From an archaeon (GTDB lineage: Archaea; Iainarchaeota; Iainarchaeia; Iainarchaeales; 1-14-0-10-31-34): a stretch of DNA of 32,248 nucleotides. The notes under the pieces are model-generated. The model did not search any database, was not told where the DNA came from, and saw only the letters and a program-made list of their open reading frames with translations. The stretch is taken from the NCBI GenBank assembly GCA_043819075.1, contig JBDRFE010000032.1, forward strand, positions 1 through 32,248. The letters are read 5' to 3'. A program made the translations under genes and the position numbers. The stretch's first letter is position 1. Every line of letters starts with the position of its first letter. Below are positions 1-8,066 of the stretch, one piece after another.

Positions 1-141
1 TCTTATTCTATTAACAACTACAACAAGTTTGTTGTAGGCCGTTTAATTGCAGAAGATGAAAACTTTTTGACTATTTTAGCTCGTGACAACAGAACATACA
101 GAGTGAGCAAAGACACAATCACAGAGGACGTGAGAGAATGA
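1..141 (+). CDS. 3' end of a small protein, possibly Sm/LSm-like fold (partial, ...KFVVGRLIAEDENFLTILARDNRTYRVSKDTITEDVRE*)
   Basis: Frame 1 is open from base 1 to TGA 139-141, overlapping the helicase ATG (ATGA). The G-x-L-x-x-x-D-x-x-F-h-x-h pattern resembles the Sm1 motif. Confidence 0.55.
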   Translation, partial: SYSINNYNKFVVGRLIAEDENFLTILARDNRTYRVSKDTITEDVRE

Positions 142-1469
142 GCGAAAGAACAGAATTGTCTTTTAAGTGCCGCAAGTATTTCAATGACAAAGGAAGTTTT
201 GAAGTAAAAATTGTAGGTGATGAACTGCTAAAAAAATATTATTTTAAGACAATTAAAGGAACGGATGAAATTTATTTCTTTGAAAACGGAATTTACAAAA
301 AATCAGGTAAACCTTTGATTGAAGAAGAAACAAACAGTTTATTGGATTATAAAGTAAAAAACAATTATGTTGCTGAAGTAATTGGTTATATTCGCAGGTC
401 AACTTTTTCTGATCCAAATGAAATCAAGTCAAATAAAAATTTGTTTAACTTAAAAAATTGTTTGTTTGATTTTGAAAGCTTTACTGTTCAACCACATGAT
501 CCTGAATATTTTATTATTTCTCAGTTGCCAGTAGAATATGACGCCGAAGCAAGTTGTCCTAAAATAATTAAATTCATTGAAGAAGTTGTTGGAGAAAGTA
601 ATGTCCCTTTAATTCAGGAAATAATTGGATATTGTTTGTTAAGAGATTACCCTATTCAAAAAGCAATAATATTTTATGGAGATGAATCAGCAGGAAAAAG
701 CACTTTATTAAAGTTAATTGGAAGCTTTTTAGGACAAGAAAACATAAGTGGTGTTTCTTTGCATGAATTACACAAAGACAGATTTTCTAAAGTAGATTTT
801 TATGGGAAACTGGCAAATATTTTCGCTGATTTATCAAAAGAGGCGGTTTCAGACAGCACAGATTTCAAAATGCTTACAGGAGGCGACTTAATGACAGGTC
901 AAAGAAAATTCGGCCAACGTTTTACGTTTCATAATTACGCAAAACTTATTTTTTCTGCAAACAAATTGCCGGAATCATCTGATAAATCTGGAGCTTTTTT
1001 CAGGAGATGGATTTTAGTTTATTTTCCAAACAAATTTCAAGGAACAAAAGAAAAAGTTGATTTAATAAAAGAATTGACTTCTCCGGAAGAATTAAGCGGA
1101 TTGTTTAATTGGGCGGCACAAGGGCTGAAAAGGTTATTAGACCAAGGTGGTTTTTCTGATTCAAAGACGACAGAAGAAATCAAAGAGGAGTATTTGGGGG
1201 AAACTTCAAGCATTTTTAATTTCAAAGAAGACTGCGTTAGAGAAAATATTAACACTTATGAAATAAAGGAAAAAGTATATGAAGAATATGTCTTGTATTG
1301 CAATGAAAGAGAAATAATCCCAAGACATTATAATCCCTTTTGCCAAGAGTTCCCAAAATTTGTTAATGTTAAACCAGCTCAAAAGGTTTTAGGAACAAAA
1401 GCGCCAAGAGTATGGGAAGGAATTGAACTAAAAAAAAGAGGTGAAAATAAAATTATCAACTGGATTTAA
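138..1469 (+). CDS. D5-like / P4-family SF3 helicase (D5_N + SF3 ATPase + C-terminal wHTH-like region), no primase domain
   Basis: FNLKNC...PHDPEY..I.QLPVEYD..A.CP (D5_N); Walker A GDESAGKST; LANIFADL (Walker B region); motif C KLIFSANKLP; AFFRRW arginine finger. Confidence 0.92.
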   Translation: MSERTELSFKCRKYFNDKGSFEVKIVGDELLKKYYFKTIKGTDEIYFFENGIYKKSGKPLIEEETNSLLDYKVKNNYVAEVIGYIRRSTFSDPNEIKSNKNLFNLKNCLFDFESFTVQPHDPEYFIISQLPVEYDAEASCPKIIKFIEEVVGESNVPLIQEIIGYCLLRDYPIQKAIIFYGDESAGKSTLLKLIGSFLGQENISGVSLHELHKDRFSKVDFYGKLANIFADLSKEAVSDSTDFKMLTGGDLMTGQRKFGQRFTFHNYAKLIFSANKLPESSDKSGAFFRRWILVYFPNKFQGTKEKVDLIKELTSPEELSGLFNWAAQGLKRLLDQGGFSDSKTTEEIKEEYLGETSSIFNFKEDCVRENINTYEIKEKVYEEYVLYCNEREIIPRHYNPFCQEFPKFVNVKPAQKVLGTKAPRVWEGIELKKRGENKIINWI

Positions 1470-1557
1470 TAACAAGGATAACATGCATTCATCTACCTTT
1501 ATTTTATATACCTCACTCTAGGAAGTAAAGGATAGTAAACGCCTGTTATGCCTGTTA
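1470..1557. repeat. Imperfect inverted repeat with 9-bp iteron-like units; candidate replication origin
   Basis: TAACAAGGATAACATGC (1470-1486) matches the reverse complement of GCCTGTTATGCCTGTTA (1541-1557) at 14/17 positions; the inner arms CTACCTTTATTTT / GAAGTAAAGGATAG also pair; starts directly after the helicase stop. Confidence 0.55.
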
Positions 1558-1609
1558 TAAATGGTGATTTTTAACTTATGTGAAAGGATAATGAAGGAGA
1601 GATGAGTAA

Positions 1610-1924
1610 ATGGTTTTATCTAAAAGTAATATTAGCAGAGGACGAGGACTAAATTTTCCTGCGCCCTTGCGTTGCAGTGAGTGCGATGCAATTATATCTG
1701 GGACAGGACATTTTTTATCCAAGAACTCACAAGAGCGCCTTAGTTTCATGGACGTTCTCTGCTTTAAATGCTATGCGCAAATAAAAGGATTACCACGAAA
1801 AGACTGGGACAAACGATATCAAGTCAAATCCAAACCTCGACCTGAAATTAAAAAGAACAGGAATCCTTGGGCAGATATAATAGAAAGACACAATAAAAGA
1901 AAAGAAGTGACCTCCTCCCTCTGA
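1610..1924 (+). CDS. Small zinc-finger protein
   Basis: CSEC...CFKC; AGGAG Shine-Dalgarno-like sequence upstream. Confidence 0.65.
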   Translation: MVLSKSNISRGRGLNFPAPLRCSECDAIISGTGHFLSKNSQERLSFMDVLCFKCYAQIKGLPRKDWDKRYQVKSKPRPEIKKNRNPWADIIERHNKRKEVTSSL

Positions 1925-2064
1925 AGCAACGGTTAACCCCCTCTAAAACACTTTCTTCGCTCTCTCAGAAAAAAAAATAATACCACCCCACCCTTTCCGA
2001 ACTCATGTTCATGGTAACATCCAGAAAAATGTGATTTTCAAAACATAAAAAGGAGGAAAAAAAA

Positions 2065-2208
2065 ATGAAGTGTTGTGAATGTGAAAAAAAAGGCATCCAC
2101 GAGTGCGTTATTAAAGGAAAAAAAGTTTTTCTTTGCCAAGAGCACAACGAAATGTGGGAAGACTTCAAAAAAATATGTGCAGAAGATTTTGTGCAAAAAA
2201 AAAAGTGA
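2065..2208 (+). CDS. 47-aa zinc-finger protein (MKCCECEKKGIHECVIKGKKVFLCQEHNEMWEDFKKICAEDFVQKKK), not in the ORF track
   Basis: AGGAGG upstream of ATG 2065; CxxC...CxxH; TGA 2206-2208, 6 nt before the next ATG. Confidence 0.7.
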   Translation: MKCCECEKKGIHECVIKGKKVFLCQEHNEMWEDFKKICAEDFVQKKK

Positions 2209-2214
2209 TTCAAA

Positions 2215-2454
2215 ATGCAATGTAATACATGCGGAAAAGCAGTCAAGACTGCTCATATCTGCGAGATTGTGAATAACCAAAGAATACTGCGCTGTGATGA
2301 GTGCTATTCTATTTGGTCTGACGCATGGGAAAAGAAGCGACCAAAAGAAGGGTTAGGAATTGGCGGAATACTTTGCCCTAAATGCAAGAATCACACACGA
2401 GTGTTCTCTGCCACAACAGGATTATGCCCAAAATGTCAAGAAGAAACAAAATAA
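2215..2454 (+). CDS. Small double zinc-finger protein
   Basis: Four CxxC pairs (CNTC, CDEC, CPKC, CPKC). Confidence 0.7.
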   Translation: MQCNTCGKAVKTAHICEIVNNQRILRCDECYSIWSDAWEKKRPKEGLGIGGILCPKCKNHTRVFSATTGLCPKCQEETK

Positions 2455-2460
2455 ATTAAA

Positions 2461-3525
2461 TTATGGATGTGAGCAGTTCTCTAAATCCATGAACTCGTAA
2501 CAGGATTTTTTTGCGTCGCCCGGCATTCCATTACATGTTTCCAGCAAACTTTCACAACTTGTTTCTTTGTTTCCTTGTATTTGTTCTTGAGTGAAAATAA
2601 TTTTAGTTGATATTGTTTGTTTTTCTTCTCCTTGACTTTCAATGTAAAATTTCAAGTTTCCTGTGAAGAGTTTAGCTTCTCTTATCAGCTCTATGCTTAA
2701 ATCACTTTTCAAAGTAACCCATAAAATTATTTCTTCGTTTGGTTGCATTACCATTTTATCGCCGTAATAATAACCCCCTTGTTCAATTTCTTGTGCATTT
2801 GTTGTAATGGATTCCGTGAACTCGTACCATCCGGCATCTGCTTCAAAGTCTTCAATGTACTGGGAAACTTTTATTAAGTCGCTTGAAATATTTTTTAATT
2901 TTAAGATTATTCTAATTGGTTTTTTGTTTCCACTTTCTGCTTCGTATTCCACGTTATTAAAGTTTAAAGTCATTTTTTCAAACTTGTGGGTTTGCCCTAA
3001 AATTAATTTTGATTTATCCGCCCACCCACAATCTAAGCTATTAATATCTGTTTCAGTTTTTTTAGTGCAGCCTTCTTTTTGGTCGCAGTAAAAAGTTTCT
3101 GTTATTTTTGTTGTTCCCACACATTTTTCTATGTTTTTTGAAGTGCATTCAGTTTCATTGCATTCTGCAATATACCCACAATAAATGCTGTTTTCATCTG
3201 TTTTTAATTCAGAAATGCATTCTTCATTTTTGCATGAATAATTGTATACTTGTTTTGTTGTTCCATTACATTCAAACCTATCTTTTTCATCGCAGTCAAA
3301 AATATTACATTTTTTGACGCATTCCCCTAAAAAACATTCTTTTCCTTCACCACAATTAGTTCCATCTTGAACTGCTTTAGAAATGCATTTTCCTGTTTCA
3401 CATGAATAGTTCATGCAAGGAGCATTGTCTTCTTTGCAATCATCATTAACAACACAGCCGTTTTGGGTGCAACCTAAAAAAAATAAAAACAATGTAATTA
3501 AAGCAAAAACTTTTTTCATTTTCAA
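2461..3525 (-). CDS. Cys-rich secreted lipoprotein with internal repeats and a probable Ig-like C-terminal domain
   Basis: Basic N-terminus, hydrophobic core and lipobox FLGC; two related ~40-aa Cys repeats (C...C.GTTK....Y.C....C.....D.NS..CG[YW]). Confidence 0.75.
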   Translation of the reverse strand: MKMKKVFALITLFLFFLGCTQNGCVVNDDCKEDNAPCMNYSCETGKCISKAVQDGTNCGEGKECFLGECVKKCNIFDCDEKDRFECNGTTKQVYNYSCKNEECISELKTDENSIYCGYIAECNETECTSKNIEKCVGTTKITETFYCDQKEGCTKKTETDINSLDCGWADKSKLILGQTHKFEKMTLNFNNVEYEAESGNKKPIRIILKLKNISSDLIKVSQYIEDFEADAGWYEFTESITTNAQEIEQGGYYYGDKMVMQPNEEIILWVTLKSDLSIELIREAKLFTGNLKFYIESQGEEKQTISTKIIFTQEQIQGNKETSCESLLETCNGMPGDAKKSCYEFMDLENCSHP

Positions 3526-3639
3526 TCATTTTTTTCAATTTTAACTAAATCAATATACTACTATCAAACAACAAAAGCATTATAAAACTTCTACAACAAT
3601 TCTACACTTTTATTTAAGTGACAATTCAGACACAAATAT

Positions 3640-3888
3640 ATGGACTGGCACGAAATAATTTTTATTAAAAGCAGCAAGAACAGGAGAGCAATATTAAAAG
3701 CACTGCAAAAAAAGCCAATGACCCCAACAGAATTATCAAAGGAGCTGAACAATCACAGGTCAACAATAAGTCAAAACTTAATAAAGCTGGAAAAGAAAAA
3801 AATAGTTGAATGCTTGACGCCAAAAAACAAAAACTATCGGGTCTACTGCATTACAGGAAAAGGGCAAAAGCTTCTGAAAAAAATCTAA
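3640..3888 (+). CDS. ArsR-like winged-helix transcription regulator
   Basis: SKNRRAILKAL...MTPTELSKEL...STISQNLIKLEKK.IVEC...YRVYCITGKG is a typical archaeal wHTH; TATA-like AAAAGCATTATAAAA upstream. Confidence 0.85.
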   Translation: MDWHEIIFIKSSKNRRAILKALQKKPMTPTELSKELNNHRSTISQNLIKLEKKKIVECLTPKNKNYRVYCITGKGQKLLKKI

Positions 3889-4069
3889 AACCTATTATTT
3901 GTTAAATTTACCTCTGCTTTTCTATTAACAGAAAAAAATTAGTTCCCTTTAGATGGCCGGTCAAGCCGACCACCCAAAAAGAATGTTCGTATGTCTATAA
4001 TACTGCGTTATAGTATAAAAACTTTCTTCTTTGGAATTCGAACTAATTTTTTCTTTTGGAGGTCTCAAT

Positions 4070-4231
4070 ATGAGAAATGCGACAAACATAAATATAGACG
4101 CAAGATCCTTCCCTGCAATTGCAATTGTTTTAGGATTTCTAATGCTGGTAGCAAACATTGTAACTGGGTGGGTCTTTGTTGGAATCGGTGCAGTAAGCCA
4201 AGGCATCTGGCTATTGACTACACGACGTTAA
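4070..4231 (+). CDS. 53-aa two-TM membrane protein
   Basis: GGAGGT SD before ATG 4070 (preferred over TTG 4031); two hydrophobic segments. Confidence 0.6.
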   Translation: MRNATNINIDARSFPAIAIVLGFLMLVANIVTGWVFVGIGAVSQGIWLLTTRR

Positions 4232-4279
4232 ATACAGTCAGAAAACTGATTCCTTAAAAAAACTAAAGTTGGCTGGAAG

Positions 4280-4723
4280 TCACTTTCCAGCTAACTTTGC
4301 TGCTTCTTCTATTCTGATTGCTAATTTTTCTGAATCCACATACTTGTAAACTTTGAACCCATTTTTTTCAATCTGTGAGGGAACGCCTCCCGGAAGATCA
4401 ACTTCACTTTTATTATTCTTAAGGTGGTGAATCTGAATTCCGAGAAGCCCATTGCCTCTTTCAAGAGATTTGTCAATTTCATAATTAATGTATTTTCTGC
4501 CTGCTGTTTTATTGCCCAAACAAATCACAGTGACTGATGTTCCTTCAAGTGCTTTGTCAATCATTCTTTTTATTTCTGCATCCCCTTTTTTAAGTGCTTC
4601 TTCCCACAACGAAGCATCTTTAAAACCCGCTGCGGCCACGCCTACAACATTATGGACATTCCTAATTTGATTAACTCTCCAAATATCCCTTTGATAATGA
4701 AAACTAAAAAACACATTTCTCAT
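4280..4723 (-). CDS. TIR-domain protein, Thoeris ThsB / DUF1863 (MTH538)-like
   Basis: VFFSFHYQRDIWRVNQIRN, D.SLWEE..KKGD..IKRMID, TSVTVICLG..TA.RKYINYEI with the catalytic Glu retained, GNGLLGIQIH. Confidence 0.9.
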   Translation of the reverse strand: MRNVFFSFHYQRDIWRVNQIRNVHNVVGVAAAGFKDASLWEEALKKGDAEIKRMIDKALEGTSVTVICLGNKTAGRKYINYEIDKSLERGNGLLGIQIHHLKNNKSEVDLPGGVPSQIEKNGFKVYKYVDSEKLAIRIEEAAKLAGK

Positions 4724-5167
4724 TTATACACCCCCAAGTTTAGAAAAATGCAAAACACCAAACAAATAAATAATTATTAATGCTCCAATGCCTCCATAAA
4801 ACAAAGCAAATGTTTTTGAAAACATAATAGTTTTTATTGAGTCCACTTTTCTTTCAAATCTTTTTGTACTCAAGTCAAGCATATGTTCCGAAGTTTTCAG
4901 TCTGTTTTCAATAACCCATTCATAAAGTTTTCTAAAAAGTTTTTCTTGCCTCAAATAATAAGCATCCACACACCAAAAAACCACCAAAGGAATAAAAGCA
5001 ATATAAACTTGCCAAATGTTTCCCTTCAATAACAAGGTTGCAACAACCAAAGTTATTGTCCATGACTTTATCTTGAATGAGTTTGAAGCCATACGATTTA
5101 TTATTCCTTGAATTGTGTCAACTTCTTTAAACAAGCATTCTTTCAGCATTCCCTTAGAATCTGTCAT
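4724..5167 (-). CDS. Small 3-TM membrane protein, putative effector of the TIR gene
   Basis: IQGIINRMASNSFKIKSW...FWCVDAYYLRQEKLFRKLY motifs; three hydrophobic segments; TAA directly abuts the TIR ATG with a GGGGGTG SD; start ATG 5167 (alternative TTG 5176). Confidence 0.8.
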   Translation of the reverse strand: MTDSKGMLKECLFKEVDTIQGIINRMASNSFKIKSWTITLVVATLLLKGNIWQVYIAFIPLVVFWCVDAYYLRQEKLFRKLYEWVIENRLKTSEHMLDLSTKRFERKVDSIKTIMFSKTFALFYGGIGALIIIYLFGVLHFSKLGGV

Positions 5168-5209
5168 ACTAATCAAATATAATGGGAAAAAGTGTTATTT
5201 TAAACTTTT

Positions 5210-6130
5210 TTAATTTGGAATGGGCTCAATACAAGTTCTATTAACATTAACAGTTATGCCAGGAGTTTTGTTTATTACCAAAGAGTTTATATCCGGTTGA
5301 TTGAATTGACGCCCGTATTTTTCTGTTAAATCTTTTTTTATTCCACAAGAATAGTGAGCAATGTATTCAATTACTTTTTGTTCCTTTGACCAAACTTCTT
5401 TTTTGAAAGCTTGTTTATTTATGTCTTCATTTGCAGTAGTCCAAGTATATTGAGTATAATCAATTGCATTATTTACTCTTGAAGTGAACTGGTCTAAAGC
5501 AAGTAGTCCAGCAACTGTTTTGTCATCAGAAATTCTCAGTAATTCAATATACTGCTCAAATCCCTCAGGAAATTTTGTTTGGAAATAATAATCTGGTCCC
5601 TCAAGGTAAGTTGAATTATTGTCCAAAAAAACTATTGCGTTAGCAAAACTTGCATCTAATTTGGTGTTTAGACTTTCAAACAAGCTTTCTTGAATGTTTT
5701 TGTCTAGCTCTACTGTTCTGTTATAGTCTTCTTTCGCTAAATTCAATGCATCCGTTGTTGCGTCAAGAGACTGCTGGGTAAAATGTAAATTCCAAACCAT
5801 AATTCCAAGAGTCATAATTGTCAAAAAAATCATTATATTATTTGTCGTTTCTTTTCCAAAATTAAAATAAACATGTGCTGAAAATAACATTCCGCCAAGC
5901 ATTACAATTGCTGCCGTAGTTTTCAAAAATTGAGATATACTAGGTTCAAATATAAAAGGGATGAACCATAAACCAATCAAAATAATCACAACAACAAAAA
6001 AAATGTAACGCCATTTACTTATTTTTTCTTTCTTGCATTCATGACAATTTTTTGTTGGTGTTCCATCAACATTTAATGCAACATTTTCTTGTCCACATAT
6101 TGGACACTTATCAAACTTCTTTTTTGCCAT
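5210..6130 (-). CDS. Membrane protein: N-terminal Zn ribbon, three TM helices, large C-terminal soluble domain
   Basis: CPIC...CHEC followed by three hydrophobic stretches. Confidence 0.75.
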   Translation of the reverse strand: MAKKKFDKCPICGQENVALNVDGTPTKNCHECKKEKISKWRYIFFVVVIILIGLWFIPFIFEPSISQFLKTTAAIVMLGGMLFSAHVYFNFGKETTNNIMIFLTIMTLGIMVWNLHFTQQSLDATTDALNLAKEDYNRTVELDKNIQESLFESLNTKLDASFANAIVFLDNNSTYLEGPDYYFQTKFPEGFEQYIELLRISDDKTVAGLLALDQFTSRVNNAIDYTQYTWTTANEDINKQAFKKEVWSKEQKVIEYIAHYSCGIKKDLTEKYGRQFNQPDINSLVINKTPGITVNVNRTCIEPIPN

Positions 6131-6169
6131 GCTTTTATTTGTTTGGAAAAGTAATTAAAAAACAAGCTT

Positions 6170-7714
6170 TTATTCTTGGCTTGTTGTGTTTGAAGCAACA
6201 GTGACTTTTGGGCGTTGCTCAGCCAAAAAAGAACCGTCTGCATTACTTACATTCATTTTTGCGGTTTTTACTTGTTGTTCTGTCCAACCCCTTCTCTTTC
6301 CAGTTCTTTCTATTGCAATATAATATTTTTCCCTAAATGTTTTGTGTCTAAATTCATCTGAAGGAGAAGCCAGTAATGCAAAAACTTCTTTAGTGATTTC
6401 TTTCATTTCCTTTAAGTCTCTTAGCTCATCTGCTTTTTTTGCTAGTACTGCTTTATTTTGTTTTGTGATGTCTTCTGCACAATGAAAGCATTTTGTTTCA
6501 GAATTAAATTTTAAATTCCAGCATTCAAGACAAATTCCTGTTGGGGTATTAAAGTCTTCAAACTGGCTTATGTCTTTTCCTTTTTTTAAAGCGTCTTCTT
6601 TTGCTTTTTTTAATTTTACTGCTTTTTTAGAAAGATCAACATAGTTTCTTCTCAAAGAAACACTTCCCCTTGCTCTTCCTTGAATTGTATTAATTTCGTC
6701 TTCAGAACTTCCCTCAGACAACTGTTGGGTAGAACTTAGGCCTCTTAAAACATGAGCTCCATACAAAGCATTTTTTGCTTTTTCTGGTCTGTTAAGTTTA
6801 TCTAAAGGAATTGAATATAGCTTATTTGCTTTTCTGATATAATTTCTGAAAAGTGCTCTAAAGTCTCCATCTGTGAGTGAATTAAATAATCTTGATTTTT
6901 TTGATTTTGTTGGAAAAAACGGGGCATCTGGATTCCCTTGATACATTTTTTTTATTGTTTTCCAGTAATCCAAAAAGTCTTCAAAGCCATTTTCTATTCT
7001 AACTTCAGATGACTTTCCGCCTTTTTGTGGTTTAAATTTTATGTCAAAAGCTGTTGGATCAAGTTCTCTGTGCTCTTTTGATGCTTTTTCTTCATCTTCT
7101 TTTTTGTATCCCTCATATTTGGGGGCAACATCCCCAAACTTTAATCCAGTTATCTGTGACCCTCTGTGTCCAAAGTCAATTGCAAGTCGGAATAATATTA
7201 AATCTCTTTTGTTTCCATGCAATAAAGGGCCAACTGCAGACATAATCCAAATCATATCGTCATAGTCTTTGTCATCATATTTTGGTTCAACGTTTTTCAT
7301 GTTATTATCTATTTTTTTAATAATATTGCAGATTTGAGTCAACTTAAAATGGAGTTCTTGGTTATCTGCATCAAGCAGTTTACTTCTATAATAAGCATGA
7401 ATCAAGCGACAGACAGTTTTTTTTCCACCAATTTTTCTTTCTTGTCCATAACAGGTAGGGGAATTAATCATTTCTGTTAATAATTTTGTAAATTCACTTG
7501 GAAGTATGTCTGTTGTTTTTTTCCCCTTGAATGCCCCTGTTTCTGAATACGGGCGAATGAACATTTCAAAATTAGTTCCCCAACTAGCCTTCTTTTTGCT
7601 TTTCAAATAAGCAATAAAGTCTTCTTGGTTTTCTTTGGACAACGGTAGACTCCTAATAGTAGTAAAATAATCAACTGTCCCATCAGGATTGTAGGCATAT
7701 CTTTTTTCCTTCAT
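6170..7714 (-). CDS. Tyrosine recombinase/integrase with C-terminal Zn ribbon
   Basis: R box FGHRGSQI..L, K in PQKGG, HxxR (AHVLRG), catalytic Tyr (RRNYVDL), CLEC...CFHC; adjacent to a tRNA gene. Confidence 0.88.
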   Translation of the reverse strand: MKEKRYAYNPDGTVDYFTTIRSLPLSKENQEDFIAYLKSKKKASWGTNFEMFIRPYSETGAFKGKKTTDILPSEFTKLLTEMINSPTCYGQERKIGGKKTVCRLIHAYYRSKLLDADNQELHFKLTQICNIIKKIDNNMKNVEPKYDDKDYDDMIWIMSAVGPLLHGNKRDLILFRLAIDFGHRGSQITGLKFGDVAPKYEGYKKEDEEKASKEHRELDPTAFDIKFKPQKGGKSSEVRIENGFEDFLDYWKTIKKMYQGNPDAPFFPTKSKKSRLFNSLTDGDFRALFRNYIRKANKLYSIPLDKLNRPEKAKNALYGAHVLRGLSSTQQLSEGSSEDEINTIQGRARGSVSLRRNYVDLSKKAVKLKKAKEDALKKGKDISQFEDFNTPTGICLECWNLKFNSETKCFHCAEDITKQNKAVLAKKADELRDLKEMKEITKEVFALLASPSDEFRHKTFREKYYIAIERTGKRRGWTEQQVKTAKMNVSNADGSFLAEQRPKVTVASNTTSQE

Positions 7715-7824
7715 AAACCCCCGCCAATACTAGATTTATATGTATATCCGAATTTAAACGGATACTATTAAGGTTCATGTAATCTGCCTTAATAATAAAC
7801 GAACTAAGGTATTTAAGTGTTTCT

Positions 7825-7984
7825 CAACCGTCACGCTCGGTTGGTGTGCGGGCACTATCTTCGCTTTCAGCTCGATAGAGCTTGCTTCACTTAACATAAT
7901 CCTTTTTCTACTTTTTTGCCTAAAGTTTTTTTGTAAAGCCGCTTGACTGAGCGAAGCGAATGTCATGCTTCGTGCTCAAACGGC
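7825..7984 (+). other. GC-rich hairpin cluster between integrase and tRNA
   Basis: CAACCG/CGGTTG (7825-7843); GCGGGC-A-CTATC/GATAG-A-GCTTGC (7848-7885); TGAGCGAAGC/GCTTC-GT-GCTCA closed by GCCG/CGGC (7938-7984). Confidence 0.5.
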
Positions 7985-7993
7985 GAAACGTTT

Positions 7994-8066
7994 GGGGCCG
8001 TAGTCTAGCTTGGTAGGATTCAGCGTTCGGGACGCTGTGGCTTGGGTTCGAATCCCAACGGTCCCA
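7994..8066 (+). tRNA. tRNA-Pro(CGG), no intron, CCA not encoded
   Basis: Acceptor GGGGCCG/CGGTCCC + discriminator A; anticodon arm CAGCG-TTCGGGA-CGCTG; T arm TTGGG-TTCGAAT-CCCAA. Confidence 0.96.

Larger units (their letters stand above)
1..7993. mobile_element. Right arm of an integrated element (provirus/plasmid/satellite-like); left end lies outside the window, right boundary approximate
   Basis: D5/P4-type helicase, small Zn-finger genes, defence-type TIR cargo and a tyrosine integrase directly beside a tRNA gene; housekeeping genes start only after ~9.2 kb. No att duplication is visible in the window. Confidence 0.75.

Noticed and set aside
1965..2280. ORF-track entries 1965-2246(-), 2038-2280(-) and 2075-2272(+)
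   Set aside because: Better explained by the SD-led Zn-finger genes at 2065-2208 and 2215-2454.
7860..7890. Second tRNA or att fragment (TCAGCTCGATAGAGC resembles a D arm)
   Set aside because: No T arm or acceptor stem, and no identity with the tRNA-Pro sequence.
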